Below, one piece after another: positions 30,001 to 41,790 of a DNA stretch of 64,000 bases (its first letter is position 1; each line of letters opens with the position of its first letter). The notes beneath the pieces are model-generated. The model had not been told where the DNA came from. It did not search any database and saw only the letters and a list, made by a program, of their open reading frames with translations. Source of the stretch: Gnetum montanum (taxonomy: Eukaryota; Plantae; Gnetophyta). The position numbers were made by a program, and so were the translations under genes. The stretch is taken from NCBI GenBank assembly GCA_015680685.1, contig MNCI01001868.1:21621-85620 (forward strand), in the 5' to 3' direction.

Positions 30001-33000
30001 TCTGAGGAGGTCTTTGCCTCTAGGGGTTTTGACGGTTGTTTGGTTTCTGTTGGTTTTCTTGTTTAGGTTGCTTCTTCTGAGAGTTGGGGCCTTCTTTTGG
30101 TACAATTTTGGTTGGCCGTGGATATGCCCAACGTGTTGAATTTTCTCTGTGTTTGGGTTTTGGTTGGCCGTGGATATGCCCAACATGCTGAATTTTCTCT
30201 GTGTTTGGGTGTCTGTGGGTACGTGGGAATTTCTTTGGCTAGGAATGTTGGCTTCGACAAGGGCCCACTGCATCTAGCTAAGGTGGACGTTTGCCTTACT
30301 AGTCAAGCCGTTTTTGGCTTGTTCTAGCTTGGGTAGTTGGCGAACCCGTCCTTTTTTTATTGTACATAAGCTCTAAGGATTTTAATTTGATAACCCAAAC
30401 TTTTCTCAAAAAGAAAAAAAAAAAGCTAACAATAACTCATCCATACATTCAAAATGTGGATCAAATCATGGATCGCCTTTTCAAGCAACAGATTTTGAAT
30501 CACAAATTACTTGGAATCACAACCAAAATCAAAAAAAATTTGCAATAAACAAGCACTTCTAGTAACAAAAATATTTAAGAAAACATATAGTACATTCACA
30601 CAAGCAAGGGAGGTAAGGATTTTTATTTTCATGCTACTTGTTTTTGCTATTGGGCAGCCTTATTTGGAATGTGGCACTCATTATGAGGCACAAGCATGGG
30701 TAGGCATGGGCAGGGTATACACAAATTGCATTAATAATTATGGCAAGCTAGCAATAGTGATGTTGAATACTTCTATTGGGTTTCCAACTAAAGGCTTCAT
30801 CATTGTTGGCAGTCATAGTCATGCTAATATTGCATTGCTTATGAATGCTCAAACTGCCAAGGAAGAATACATAGACTATCACTAATGCAGTTGAAAATGG
30901 TGTCAAAACCACTAATGCACCACTTGAAGCACCACTACCACCATGTTGTGATAGGTCCCCTGTCCCACCAAAGGCACTGCAAGAACGTCTATAAGTCACA
31001 TACATGTCTCACTTAATTTGGTTGGTTTTGTTGGATGAACCCAATTGCAGGAGGATACAGATGTAGATAGGTCATGATAACAAAGTACAGAATTGTGGAA
31101 TCCTGCAAGTCTGTTTCAAAACTTATGATTTTAAAGCACATATTTTTCTATGGATCGCTATACACTTGGGATTGTTATTCTAACCTGCATTTTTAATCTA
31201 TGAACTCATCCCTTACAAAAAGGTCATATTTATCGATTAAACAATAAAGCTACAAGACTTAGCTTCACATCCATAACAATTTTAACATATTAAAATGAAT
31301 GCATTCAAAAAGATAAAAAATTTGAGCTAAACTAATAATCAGCATACCACAGAACAAATTGTCGTTCATTTAAGTTAAATTGTAACAAGGGCTTCAAGAA
31401 ACATTTATTTGCAAACGATGCTTTCTTCTAGAAATAACGCCTGAAATTATTTTTTTCATCCAATGAGAAACTGAAGACCATCTGAAGTTGATGCATTTTT
31501 CTGTTTCTACTGTACACCCTGGGTGATGTCTACCTGATTTACCAGAACCACTGATATGATGAGTATTATTTCCATATCGGCCACTGCAAAAAACTCTTAG
31601 AAGGTTTCAAGTAGTCCCAAACGTGCTTTTGTTATTAGCATGGAAAATTCTTTATGTGGCTTTCCAGAAGCCGAAGACCAACTTTGCGTATCTTTAAAAA
31701 GAACTGCAAAAATTACTTGGATAATTTCAACATAAGGAAGAAATTAAACCAAACGTTGTGAAGGCCAGTGGATTCTGTTCACTTCTACAAACAAATTAAC
31801 ACTTACCAACAATCCTAATGTTACAAGGGGCTTCTCCTTTATCCAAAATGCATATGCCAAATTTACTGAAAATGCAGAATGCATAAATGTAAGAGCATAT
31901 CAAATATCAGTCATTAACAGCAAGCTATAAAAACTTACATAGATAAGTGAACAACGAGCTATAATAACCCAACCACAGAATAAACATCCAAACAGAGATC
32001 CGACTATGGCAGATGATAACAATTGAATTTTAACTAAATATTTTAAGAAGAAAAATGGTACATGTTGATAGCAGACACACAGTAAAGCCCATACTTAATA
32101 AAATAAGCAATAGCTACTTAGATTTCAAAAACATAATTATGTAAAATATTAACCCAATTTTTAGGCCTTTCGTATTAACCCGATAAGAAATGAAAAGTGT
32201 CCTTCCACATAAGCATTGCACATAAGCAAAAAGCATTACACATAAATGATTAGTGTTTTATGAGTTTTGAACACAACATTAATGAAACACGACTACATAG
32301 GTTGATGTAGTTCACAGTAAATGTTGGAAGCAACATGACATATAGTATTAAGTTTTAAATTGGAGATAGAAACAAATACAAAAATTCTGCATAACAATTC
32401 TTTCAGTTGTTTGAAAAGTATGGGAAACATTTGGGTTGAAGTTCATGGAAACTACTAGCTTAGTTATATATTTATAATATATATCTATAAGTTGGCCAAA
32501 GGAGGAATCTTTTACTGACAAGGAACACAAGTTGCTCACGTTTCCCTGTCAAGTTGAGCTTAAGCCTAATTCTGCAACATCATCATGCTTTGGTAATGAT
32601 GGCTGAGAATTCTCTTGCTATATTTTAGTTTCCTATTTTGCAGTTGTGTGTCTGGGTGGCAATGATGGCTGAGAATTATTTAGTTACATTTTAATTCCCT
32701 TGATTTGCAGTTGTTGGGGATCTAGCTATATCTGAATTATCTCCAAACCTTTCTCTTGCATAACCAACATTTTGTTCAGGGTTTGTGGATTCATATCCTT
32801 CTATCCAATGTTTGATATGTTGGTTAAGAAGAAACACAAAAATTGCATAAAGAACTTGACAATGTAAGCTTTCTTAGAAAAGAAATTGCACTAGTATATA
32901 CTTCTCAACTAAGCAATTCCGGGTGGATACTATTTTTCTGAATAAACATACCTGACTTTTGTTATGGATTTAAATATTTGTTTTGTCTTACATAAACCAG

Positions 33001-34906
33001 CCCGTACAGTGCTATGGGCACAATATTGTTTACTGTTACTAAATAGCATCTTAGAGCATTATAGATGGAATATTATTCAGCATTACCTATGGGCTCTCCT
33101 AGAGTGTTATGGACATAAACAAGCCGTTAGAGTGCTGTGGACACAATATTATTTACTGTTACCAAATAGCATCCTAGAACATTATAGATGGAATATTATT
33201 CAGTGTTACTTTCCTAGAGTGTTATGGACAAAATATTATTTAGCATTACCTACGGGCTTCCCTAGAGCATTATGGACAAAATATTATTATTTAGCGTTAC
33301 TGATATATGATTGGTAGTTGGCCTCTCAGCCAAAATCAATGTATAAAATGAAACCTTCTAAAGAATTCTGACTGCAAATGATATGGATGCAAAAACAAAA
33401 ATTAAAAAAAAAAAGATTAAAAACTACATCAGCATAATGTGACACGTACAAAATTCTTCCCTCCCCAATAACATATCTCCCTCAACATTTTACTAATGCC
33501 AAGTACCACGATATTCTATTTAAGCATGACCTGTACTTCCTGTCAACACAATGCTCATACCATGAAAACCTACAATTCTTTATGCCCTATGTTAACATTT
33601 TAATTAAAGCCATTAACAGCAAAATTCAACCAAATTTCGACCGCCAAAGATTAAAAAGCAACCTGAAGCATTGCAACAGTTAATATTTATATACTGACAG
33701 CAGTCATCACTACACAAACAATCTGAGCAACATCATTCAACATGCCAATATTAATTCGTCAATTTGGCTATTATGCTATTGCTTTTATCAGGTTTCAAAT
33801 TGAGAATCTTTTCATTATTTCGTTTTCTTTTTCTTTTTCTTTCATTCTTATTTTTTCCCGCCTAATGCAATTTAGTAAAAAGGTTTTGGCAAAAGAATGT
33901 TAACTTCTTCAAAAAAAAGTAAACTGAAAACCACTAAGTACCAGATCAAAATTGGGCTATTGTTCACTGACGTGGTTGAAACCACAGATTTTGTTTATCA
34001 TTAATTAGGAATGGGCTGGCAGAATAAGGTGATTATTCTGTTTACTTTAGTTTTTTTTTATAAGAATCCTTGATAATTTTTCATGTTTGATGTTTATGAT
34101 CCCAATGAATTCCTGTGTCACATGATAATCCTATCTACTGGGCAGAACAAATGTGGAGTGAAATCAGCTAAAGGCCAAAAGGAAAGCTCGGAAAAAGAGC
34201 CAAAATATTAGCAACTATTCCGTGTTCCTTTGAAAAGGACCGTTGTAGTTGAGGTTTTTGTCCTCAATTTTACAATAATTTCGTATGTATCTGACTGCAT
34301 TAAATGAATTTCATTTACGCTGAATAGGAAAGTTCTGTCCAATTTTTGGTATGCAACCTATGAATTTAATGCATGACTGTATATGCATTGTCCTTCCACA
34401 TTTCCTTGGACAGTATCATCTGAAGCATTTATTTTATGGAATCTATCTTTGTATTACATGAGTTGTGTACAACTTCTGTCTAATAGATTCTTTGGGTCTT
34501 CAGCCACAATAAAATACTCGGTTTAAGTTTTGTATTTTAGGGCATCATAGTTACTACAATTCTACGAAGATGAAGAAGAAATATGTAAATCTTATAATTG
34601 ATAGCAATTCATGATACATATAAAACTTAAACGTCAATTTGTGGCACTATTTATAGCACTTTCTGTCGAGTGAGCATAAGCTACAAAAGTACCTGTCTGA
34701 AAACATCTAGAAACCATGAAATAAAGTTTATTAATAACAAAAAAATATTAAAGCAACAAACTTATGATTAGTCTTTTAAATACAATACCTATAGCAAGAG
34801 CAAAAATGTTAGGAAGTGGTCGGGTGCAATAAAATAAAAGATGAAATTGAACAGCCAGCATAATAGCAAAGAAAGCAGAGACTTCCTGACCAAACTTTCT
34901 CCTTAC
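5958..34906 (-). CDS. ALG12: Dol-P-Man:Man7GlcNAc2-PP-Dol alpha-1,6-mannosyltransferase ALG12 (EBS4 orthologue), 5'-partial, 14 exons
   Basis: Exons (minus): 34789-34906, 31807-31865, 24279-24350, 13678-13741, 13484-13587, 11983-12054, 10683-10769, 10514-10581, 7755-7823, 7580-7662, 6875-6968, 6631-6696, 6173-6266, 5958-6047. All introns are GT-AG and phases are compatible; 1140 nt = 379 aa + TAA. Contains the ALG12 (GT22) motifs [90 protein letters not shown] and KWPGC. About 120 N-terminal aa were not located. Confidence 0.95.
6173..6266 (-). CDS. ALG12: ALG12 exon ([31 protein letters not shown])
   Basis: CAG acceptor / GTGAGT donor, in phase. Confidence 0.9.
6631..6696 (-). CDS. ALG12: ALG12 exon ([21 protein letters not shown])
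   Basis: TAG acceptor / GTGAGA donor. Confidence 0.9.
6875..6968 (-). CDS. ALG12: ALG12 exon ([31 protein letters not shown])
   Basis: CAG acceptor / GTATGG donor. Confidence 0.92.
7265..7510 (-). mobile_element. RTE-clade LINE remnant (AP-endonuclease fragments) in an ALG12 intron
   Basis: Minus strand reads [21 protein letters not shown] and QIDHFLL, matching the RTE endonuclease motifs 'xISAYAPQVGLDEExKxxFW' and 'SQIDYFL'. Confidence 0.6.
7580..7662 (-). CDS. ALG12: ALG12 exon ([27 protein letters not shown])
   Basis: CAG acceptor / GTGAGG donor. Confidence 0.92.
7755..7823 (-). CDS. ALG12: ALG12 exon ([22 protein letters not shown])
   Basis: CAG acceptor / GTCAGA donor. Confidence 0.92.
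8670..9713 (+). mobile_element. LINE copy A: 5'-truncated 3' fragment (coiled coil + J-domain remnant + 3' UTR + poly-A)
   Basis: E/Q/R-rich segment, then [38 protein letters not shown] (9078-9191), homologous to the tails of copies F and H. G/T-rich 3' UTR and A-tail at about 9695-9713. 5' boundary approximate. Confidence 0.8.
9815..10070 (+). mobile_element. RTE-clade LINE remnant (RT C-terminal region)
   Basis: [23 protein letters not shown]...LKWFGHVQR matches the RTE consensus AEMRMLRWMxGxTRxDRIRN...RLRWFGHVxR. Confidence 0.75.
10514..10581 (-). CDS. ALG12: ALG12 exon ([22 protein letters not shown])
   Basis: CAG acceptor / GTATGT donor. Confidence 0.93.
10683..10769 (-). CDS. ALG12: ALG12 exon ([29 protein letters not shown])
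   Basis: TAG acceptor / GTATG donor. Confidence 0.93.
11983..12054 (-). CDS. ALG12: ALG12 exon ([24 protein letters not shown])
   Basis: TAG acceptor / GTAAGT donor. Confidence 0.93.
13484..13587 (-). CDS. ALG12: ALG12 exon ([35 protein letters not shown])
   Basis: CAG acceptor / GTATCC donor. Confidence 0.93.
13678..13741 (-). CDS. ALG12: ALG12 exon ([21 protein letters not shown])
   Basis: CAG acceptor / GTTTAG donor. Confidence 0.92.
16005..16866 (-). mobile_element. Solo LTR (862 bp) inserted in LINE B
   Basis: Starts TGAT and ends ATCA; flanked by a perfect 5-bp TSD GCATG (16000-16004 and 16867-16871). The LINE frame resumes across it. TATA box CCTATATAAAT on the minus strand at about 16749-16759 gives the orientation. 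Confidence 0.85.
17816..18328 (+). repeat. 5' LTR of the gypsy element
   Basis: Direct repeat of 22652-23200; followed by the PBS. Confidence 0.85.
22652..23200 (+). repeat. 3' LTR of the gypsy element
   Basis: TG...CA, preceded by the PPT; carries an extra internal tandem duplication of about 34 bp (GGGGAGGCYYTGCCTCTCTAGCT...) that the 5' LTR lacks. Confidence 0.85.
24279..24350 (-). CDS. ALG12: ALG12 exon ([24 protein letters not shown])
   Basis: CAG acceptor / GTAAG donor. Confidence 0.93.
24480..24924 (-). mobile_element. Possible LTR remnant (copia-like)
   Basis: Minus strand starts TGTTAG and contains AATAAG...GCTTCTCCTGTAGACGT...GTAAATCTTGTGT, resembling plant copia LTR R/U5 motifs. 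3' end and TSD not found. Confidence 0.35.
26720..26823. repeat. Tandem duplication of about 52 bp inside LINE C ORF2
   Basis: TAGGTTGCTTTTAAAGATCTTTGGGCATTAGCGGAGGAGGAGACCACCTACT twice. Confidence 0.85.
30106..30210. repeat. Tandem duplication of about 52 bp in the LINE C 3' UTR
   Basis: TTTTGGTTGGCCGTGGATATGCCCAACRTGYTGAATTTTCTCTGTGTTTGGGT twice. Confidence 0.85.
31807..31865 (-). CDS. ALG12: ALG12 exon ([20 protein letters not shown])
   Basis: CAG acceptor / GTAAGT donor. Confidence 0.92.
33005..33300. repeat. Degenerate tandem repeat array (AGAGCATTATGGAC.AATATTATTTA-type units with a higher-order duplication)
   Basis: Recurrent CTAGAG(C/T)(A/G)TTAT and AATATTATT motifs; 33005-33090 is largely repeated at 33128-33210. 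Confidence 0.7.
34789..34906 (-). CDS. ALG12: ALG12 exon ([39 protein letters not shown]), the most 5' exon found
   Basis: CAG acceptor at 34907-34909, GT donor at 34788-34787. Confidence 0.94.
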
Positions 34907-35218
34907 CTGATAAACACAAACAAAAGCTTCAATGACAGTACAGTGGAAAAAACAAAGGAAACAATTGATAACCCACATCAGTTGCATCATTTTCATATAA
35001 GGTTCTGATAGTCAACTGCTAACCATATTATTCGAGTCATATTACCACTATGTTCCATAAGGTTGGCAAACACATAGACATGGGAGCATGTCCCCAAATG
35101 TGTTAACCATATTATTCGAGTCACATCATCGCTACGTTTCATAAGTTTTGGAACACAGAAACACGGGAATTGAAAACATGTCCCCAGATATGTTTCAGGC
35201 AGTTAATTTTTTAAAGGA

Positions 35219-35393
35219 AAATGCTGGGAATGCAAGAGGAATTTGAGTTTTGTCTTGACGTTTATGAAAGTGTTTCTGAGTGTGTTTTGCTTTGTTATGA
35301 TGATGGGAATGCTGGGAATGCAAGAGGAATTTGAGTTTTGTCTTGACGTTCATGGAAGTGGTTCTGAGTGTGCTTTGCTTTGTTATGATGATG
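35219..35393. repeat. Tandem duplication of about 88 bp
   Basis: AATGCTGGGAATGCAAGAGGAATTTGAGTTTTGTCTTGACGTT...TTTGTTATGATGATG twice with few substitutions. Confidence 0.85.
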
Positions 35394-35787
35394 TGTATAG
35401 CTTTGTTCCAATATGCAGATTTACCTATGATTTCACAATTATGATGGACTTGAGTGGTGATGATCAAGCACTAATGATTTATATGTTTTGGTGTTGATGT
35501 GCTTGTGTTCACAATTTGTATGCGTTGTTATAGATTTGGTGATTTATCTACAATTTGATGATGATGATGGATTTTGAGTGTTGTTGATATGCATGTGTTC
35601 ATGATTTGTATGATTTCATGATGACTTGTCAATATATCTATGATTTCATAGTTGTCATAGCTTGCCAATGAGAGGTGGCTCAAGTGGTTAGCTCAATATT
35701 TGACAAAGATTTGCAAGCAATAGGTTGCTAGGTAAAGTCACACTTGAGGCATCATAATGCTTTTCTTAAGTTCTTCTAATGTATCAT

Positions 35788-36318
35788 AATGTTTTTTTTC
35801 CCCTCGATGTATGAAAGGGGTGAGATGGGCAGGAAAACAAGCACTGGAAACACAAGTGATGGGAGTGACGGTGATGATGGCACAACCGAGGCTACTAGCT
35901 TTCCGAGGGGTGGAGTGAGGCAAGGGCCGTAGGATGGTCTTTCCGGCAGCCTAGTTAGGCCTGTAGGGACTGACGATGGCGTGGCCAGGACAACGATGGA
36001 TCTATCGGGAGGATCCATTGGGCGGGGGTGTGGGGAGATGGGTTTCAAGGCATGCTCACAAGAAGGGGGGATGATGTGCTTAAAGGTGGGATGGCCACCA
36101 AAGGAGGTAGTTCAAGCGTTGAAACTGTGCCAATTGGGCAAATTTGTGTTGGAGGTCATGTACCCTAGAATGGACCTCATCTGACGATGGGCCAAGGTGG
36201 CCTTGGGTTTAGAGAATGTGAAAGTGTGCAGCCTCTCGAATGATAGGCTCCTCTTTGCATTCAAGACAAAGGCGGATAGAGAACGTGTNNNNNNNNNNNN
36301 NNNNNNNNNNNNNNNNNG

Positions 36319-36350
<32 letters not shown>

Positions 36351-39300
36351 CATGGTTTTACAAGGCCCAAGGTTTGGCACTTTTGCCATGGCGGTCGGGT
36401 GCCCACCTAGATGCAAACCTTTTTAATCAGCTGTCGATCTGGGTCAGGATCTTGGACCTGCCCTTGGAGTTCTAGACGCTTGGATTTCTTAAGTCATTGG
36501 CCGGTTTATTTGGTGAATTCATCAAGTTCGACGCTTTCATTGCATCGATGGACAAGATGGGGTATGCTTGTTTTTGTGTGTGGCGCTCGCTAGGGTCAAA
36601 AGATCGAGTTAGTGAAGTGATCCAGCAAGTAAGAGTGCAATTTGAAAACCTGCCATTACCGAATCAAGGGTAGAAGGCTATGCCTGCAATGACATGCTCA
36701 ACCTGTGGGAAGGGGCATCCGACGAAGGATTGCCAAGTCAAAACGAAAGAGGTGCTACCCAAGTCATAGGGTGGATTGAACCTGATTAGGAAAAAAGGAA
36801 GGGTTGTAAAAACAATGACACAAGGCAAGCAAATGAAGGCAGGATTCAAAGCATCCACATCAAACGGGGGCACCATGGAGCCACCCCAATATGCTCGAAA
36901 GGAGCTTCTAGTTTAGGAGCTAGTGGAGGGGACAAAGAGACAGTGATCGGGAGCGGAGAGCCCAACTAACAAGGTGACTGGTGGGGAGATAGGGTCTAGT
37001 GTGGGGGCAGAGGTGGTCTAGTTTCCTCCCTCCAGGGACACCCTAATGCACACACCAAACAGGTAGCATTTGGAGTTGCTCCCTTTGGGGGATTGGATCA
37101 CGCTTGGTAGAGGGTCCTCCAAGCCAAAAGTTGCAGATTTGGCTATGACCCGATCAAGACAGGAAGGTGATGTGGAATGCCCATGGGGAGGCAAGGTGGG
37201 CCAGCTAAATGCATCGATAGTAAGAAAGTGGCTTACATAATTCGATATTGATCTTGGGGTGCGAAGGACTCTGAAGGAAGTATATCACAAACATACATCT
37301 ATTTCTCCATGAAGATCCTCTCTTAGAATTGTAGGGGACAGGGTACCCCATACAAGTGTAATACCTTGAAAATGATTGTTCAGAAAGAGGGATGTGACAT
37401 CATCTACTTGCAAGAAACGAAGCTACAAGCGGCTGAAGTCGACCTATTGTGATGGGAGCACTGGAATCTGATGAGCATCCCATGTAGGGGACACACTAAG
37501 GGGCTTGCTATTTTGTCAAAATTCCCTGTTGTCTAGGGGGATGACTCAAGATGGACCTAGGCTATACACCTGCCCCAAGAACGAATCTGGTTAAACAACG
37601 TCCATGAGGCACAAGGCTGGGAAGTGAGAATGCAGTGGCTAAAGAGGGTGGCGCAAGTGATCCCAGACACAGATAGATGGCTACTGGTGGGTGACTTCAA
37701 CCAACACCTGTACCCATGGGAAAAACTAGGAAAAAACAACACGAATTCGCCTAATAGTGCAAAGTTCACTGAATTTCTTCAGGAGAATAGCCTGTCGGAT
37801 TTGGACATCGAAGGCTGTAGATTTACTTGGAGTAATAGAAGATGGGGGCCCATTCAGGTTCAATCTAGGATTAACAGGGTCTAGGTGAGTACGCAACTAT
37901 TGCTAGAGCTAAACATACAGGTGACGGGGCAAGAGAGACAGGCCTCTAACCATAGGTCAATTTTGTGCTGGCTCAACTAGGGATAGAATTTGGCACCCAA
38001 ACCTTTTCGTTTCAAGCAAACCTGGTTGAGCAAGCCTTTTCTATGCTCATTGGTGTAGGGAATATGGCAAGATTATTCCTAGGCTCAAGAACCAAGAGAA
38101 TTTCTAAAAAGGGGGCTAAGATTACTAAAACAAAAAAATCAAGGCTAGGACCGCAGAGGAGAAATATGGATTTAGGGCCTACAAGGAGCGATTATAGACC
38201 GGCCTATGGGGCGTGCAAGAGCAGCAGGAAGCAAGAGCCAACCTGGCATATGAGGAGCGGGAACTACTCCAAGAATTACAGAAGTTGGACGAGGAAGAAG
38301 CGTATTGGTGGCAATGGGCTCAGGTTTCCTGGCTATGAGATGGGGACCAAAATACCCGCTTTTTCTTTGCCACAACTAAAAGTAGGGGGACTATTAAGCA
38401 TAAGCTTCATATGCTAGTGACTGGCAATGCTACGACGACATATTGGGGCAACGTCCTGCGCAAGAGGGAGACAAGGCAAATTTCAGTGCCAATGTAACAA
38501 GCAATAACTGGAGAGGATAATCAACACCTTCTACAACCTTTCACTTGGCTAGAGCTGGACATGGCGTTGTGGTCAATGTGGATGAACAAGGCTTTGGGGC
38601 CCAATGGATGGCTGGTCAAATTTTTTAGGGAATTTGATGATATCTTGGGGGAGAACCTACTGGTTGCTTTCAATAAGATGCTCGGTTGGCAAAAGGTGTG
38701 CAAGGAAATCAACTACTCATGAATTGTGCTACTGCCAAAAGTGCCCGTCGCATCGGGAGCCAGCACACTTTAGGCCCATAAGTGTATGTAACACACTGCT
38801 ACGCTTATTCTCTAAATTGCTAGTCATGCGACTAGCCCCATTAGTAACAAAAATTGTGGGGGAGCACCTTGCGGGGTTCATCAAGGACCATTTCTTACAT
38901 GATCAAGTCATGTTGTTGCAAGAGATTCTACACTCGTTGCGAAGATCAGGGTTCCCAAATATGTGTATTAAATTAGACATCGCCATGGCCTATGACACTG
39001 TGAGCTGGGAGGCCTTGCAACAAATCATGCTCCTCAACGGATTTAGTCTTGGATTTGTTAAGCTTTGTATCTAGATACAAAGTTCCAATAGACTCTCTGG
39101 ATATTGAAGGCAAGCTATGGGGATTCTAGGCCTCGGGCAAGGGGTTAAGGCAGGGGGATCCGCTCTCTCCTCTACTATTTCTCCTAGTCATGGACTTGCT
39201 GCAATCATATTGTATTGCCAAGGGGATGCAGGGTCGGACAATTGCTGAAGCACAATGCCTCGTCACCCATTATGCTGATGATACAATTTTGTTCTCTAGG

Positions 39301-41790
39301 GCCATGGTGTCACAAGTGGAAGCATTAACAAGGGCTCTTCATAGGATGGAGTTAGAGTTGGGGCTAGCAATTAACAAGGGAAAATCTACTTTACATTTCA
39401 CCAACACCACAGGGCTGGTAAGCAGAAAAATCGTGCAAGTGCTGGGCATTTTGCCTGGTAGGCAACACGATTCTTACTTAGGGATGCCAATTTTTTATTA
39501 GCATTGGAAGAATGCATGGATGGGGCTGCTAGAGAGGTTGCGTTCAAAGACAACACATTGGGGTAACTGGTTTCTATCCCAGAAGGGTAAAATGTTGCTA
39601 GCCTCAATGGTGCTACTGGCTACGGCCCACAACATCTATGACTATCCTGTCGGTCGAAGTCCTCCAGAAGTTGATCAAATCATTAGACACTTCATCTAGT
39701 CCAAGGGAAAAGGGGGAAAAAACTTCACTTGGTCTATTGGAAATTGATAGTGTGCCCACGGGTGGCAGGAGAAATTGGGATCCTAACCTTTTTGGATGAG
39801 ATCATGCTCGACATGCAACACTTGGTGAATAGATTGTTGATGCAGGCCAAGGGACAAGCTTTGTGGATGAGGATACTGCAATAGAAATACCATAGATGGG
39901 AGGCTAATGCTAGGAGTTCGCACTTATGGAAGAATATCTACGAACATGTGAGAAAAATGGAGGCCAAGGGACTACTAGACAAAGCCCCGTCCAAGGTGAT
40001 CAAGTGTCTACACCTGACAAAGGTGGGGTGGAAAGAGCTATGGAGAGGAAGACTACCGGACAAGGTGAAGGCTTTCAGTTTGCTTATTAGACATAATGCC
40101 CTACCAGTATGGGCAACCTTAAGGATGCGGGGAATCATCATTAACCTTACTTGCCCCCTTTGTAATGTGGCAGTTGAAACATTAGCACACTTTATTAACC
40201 AATGTCCATTCATGCAGGAGGTCTGCAGAACAGCTCAAATTGATCCCCCAATAACCCCCTGTGGTGACTCCCAAGCATTGGCTATATTATGGTCCTCTTG
40301 GAAATGCAAGAACCATTATATCTTCAGAGGGCAATGGCTGTTGGTGCCTTTTGCGATTGTTAGGGCTAGGTTTTTGTTGTGGGCAAAAGTGACGCATGCC
40401 ATGGGATGGGGGCCAACTCACGACCCAACAGTCACTAAATTCACAGGAGATGTACAACTTTGGTTGCTAATTGCAAGAATGGGATGGGAGAGCATGCTCT
40501 AGCGCATGGAAGGGGAGCTAGGGTTACCAACTGACAATTTCTTTGTGAACTGGGTGGGGGATGAAACCTAGTTCAGGGGCAAAAGGATAAGGATCACCAA
40601 GACAGTGCTGGAGGAGGTTTTGGGGGTGCCAACAGAAGGGGAACTTATTGCTCCGGCAATCCACTCTCACATGTTTGTTGTAGAATTTTGCCGGGGCGCC
40701 ATTCCGCAGACTGCTAGGGGCCACATCTGCAAAAACAAATTGACAAGGATTTGGAAAAATGCAACTATTTTTGTCGACCTGTATTTCGTTCAATCGGAGT
40801 CACCGCACAGGCTCGTGGTGGTTCACTTCATGTTCCTCCAATGCATCAGGCACAGTATTCGAGTCAACATCCTTTTGTTTTTTCATTGACTCCCTCAAAT
40901 GAAAATGACCTAAAAGACATTCTGGGGTAATCTTGGCTCTATGGAGGGCAAGGCAAATGGAAATACCAATACAAGTGAGGACAATGCTGGCCTTGGTGTA
41001 TTAGCAGAGGCATCAGAAACAAGAGCAGGGGACTTAGTTGCTAGAGGTACAAGGGGGATTGACGGAAATGGGACAAGCATCTTGTAGCAACATGCAAACT
41101 GCAGGGACTAACGTTTCAGAGGGAGGGCAGCCTACTCTAAATGAGCGCTCACTAGAAAGAATGGTTGTAGTGTGTCAATCCACAACTGAGCAGTTGAGGA
41201 GAGAAGAAAGGATAGCATGGTAGTCCCACTAGGAGGCAATGCAGGCAACAATTCAGAGGGAGGCGAATGTGCAAAGGATGAAGGATCTACAGGTCATGGA
41301 AGATCTGTTTGAGTGCCACATCGCCAAGTATGCTCATATGGTAGAAACATAAGCAGTGGTGGGAGAGTTGCAAGGGTGGAAACATGGGCACAACAGGCTA
41401 CAGCTAGGATTGTGAATTAGGATGAGACACCTGAGCAAACAAGGATAAAGTGAATGGCGGCTTTGGACGTGTCACAGGTTGTGACCTCGAGCATTGAGAA
41501 AGGATTGATGGGAGCCAACCTAGCAAAGGATGCAAAAGGCTAATTTCTGGTTAAGGCCAAGTTAGTTTGAGGGATTGGGGCAGATGTTGGGACTGTGATG
41601 GCGATGGCTGTATGCTTTTTGGCTTGACATCTAGCAAGCTCTTCTTTTTTTGTGCATGCGGAAAGGCTTGGGGTTGTGGGCTAGGACAAGGGGCACTTTC
41701 AATTCCTTGGTGGATTCTAGCATGAGTTGATGCCATTGTAAATTATTTCTCTCTCCATTTTAATTTATCTCAAAACTTTCTCAAAAAAAA
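35788..41790 (+). mobile_element. LINE copy D: near full-length, degenerate, no recognisable J-domain
   Basis: ORF1 DUF4283-like (LGKF...APWFYKAQGLALLPW...IWVRILDLPLEF) and knuckle CSTCGKGHPTKDC; ATGA at 37309-37312; APE, RT (HYADDT), zf-RVT (CPLC...HFINQC), PF20167-like domain, coiled coil; ends CTTTCTC(A)8. Putative TSD AATGTATCAT at 35778-35787 and 41789-41798. Confidence 0.9.

Larger units (their letters stand above)
24931..30425 (+). mobile_element. LINE copy C: 3' part of ORF1 + degenerate ORF2 with J remnant, poly-A
   Basis: ORF1 tail FCVWRLL...[11 protein letters not shown]...[13 protein letters not shown]; ATGA junction at 25762-25765; APE ([24 protein letters not shown]); RT ([10 protein letters not shown]); zf-RVT; J remnant CPYVIMNIN...LHSDG at 29754-29846; A-tail at about 30408-30424. 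Putative TSD CTAACAATA(G/A)CT at 24919-24930 and 30426-30437. Confidence 0.9.

Noticed and set aside
30511-31020. 124-aa and 85-aa ORFs in an ALG12 intron
   Set aside because: No motif or splice support; unassignable.
32964-33317. 117-aa repetitive ORF / CRISPR-like array
   Set aside because: Degenerate tandem repeat without unique spacers, in a eukaryotic intron; the ORF merely reflects the repeat.
36318-36347. Long G or C homopolymers in LINE coding regions (also ~51273, ~57460, ~61153) as programmed frameshift or G4 signals
   Set aside because: Positions differ between copies and one abuts an N gap; consistent with slippage or sequencing error.
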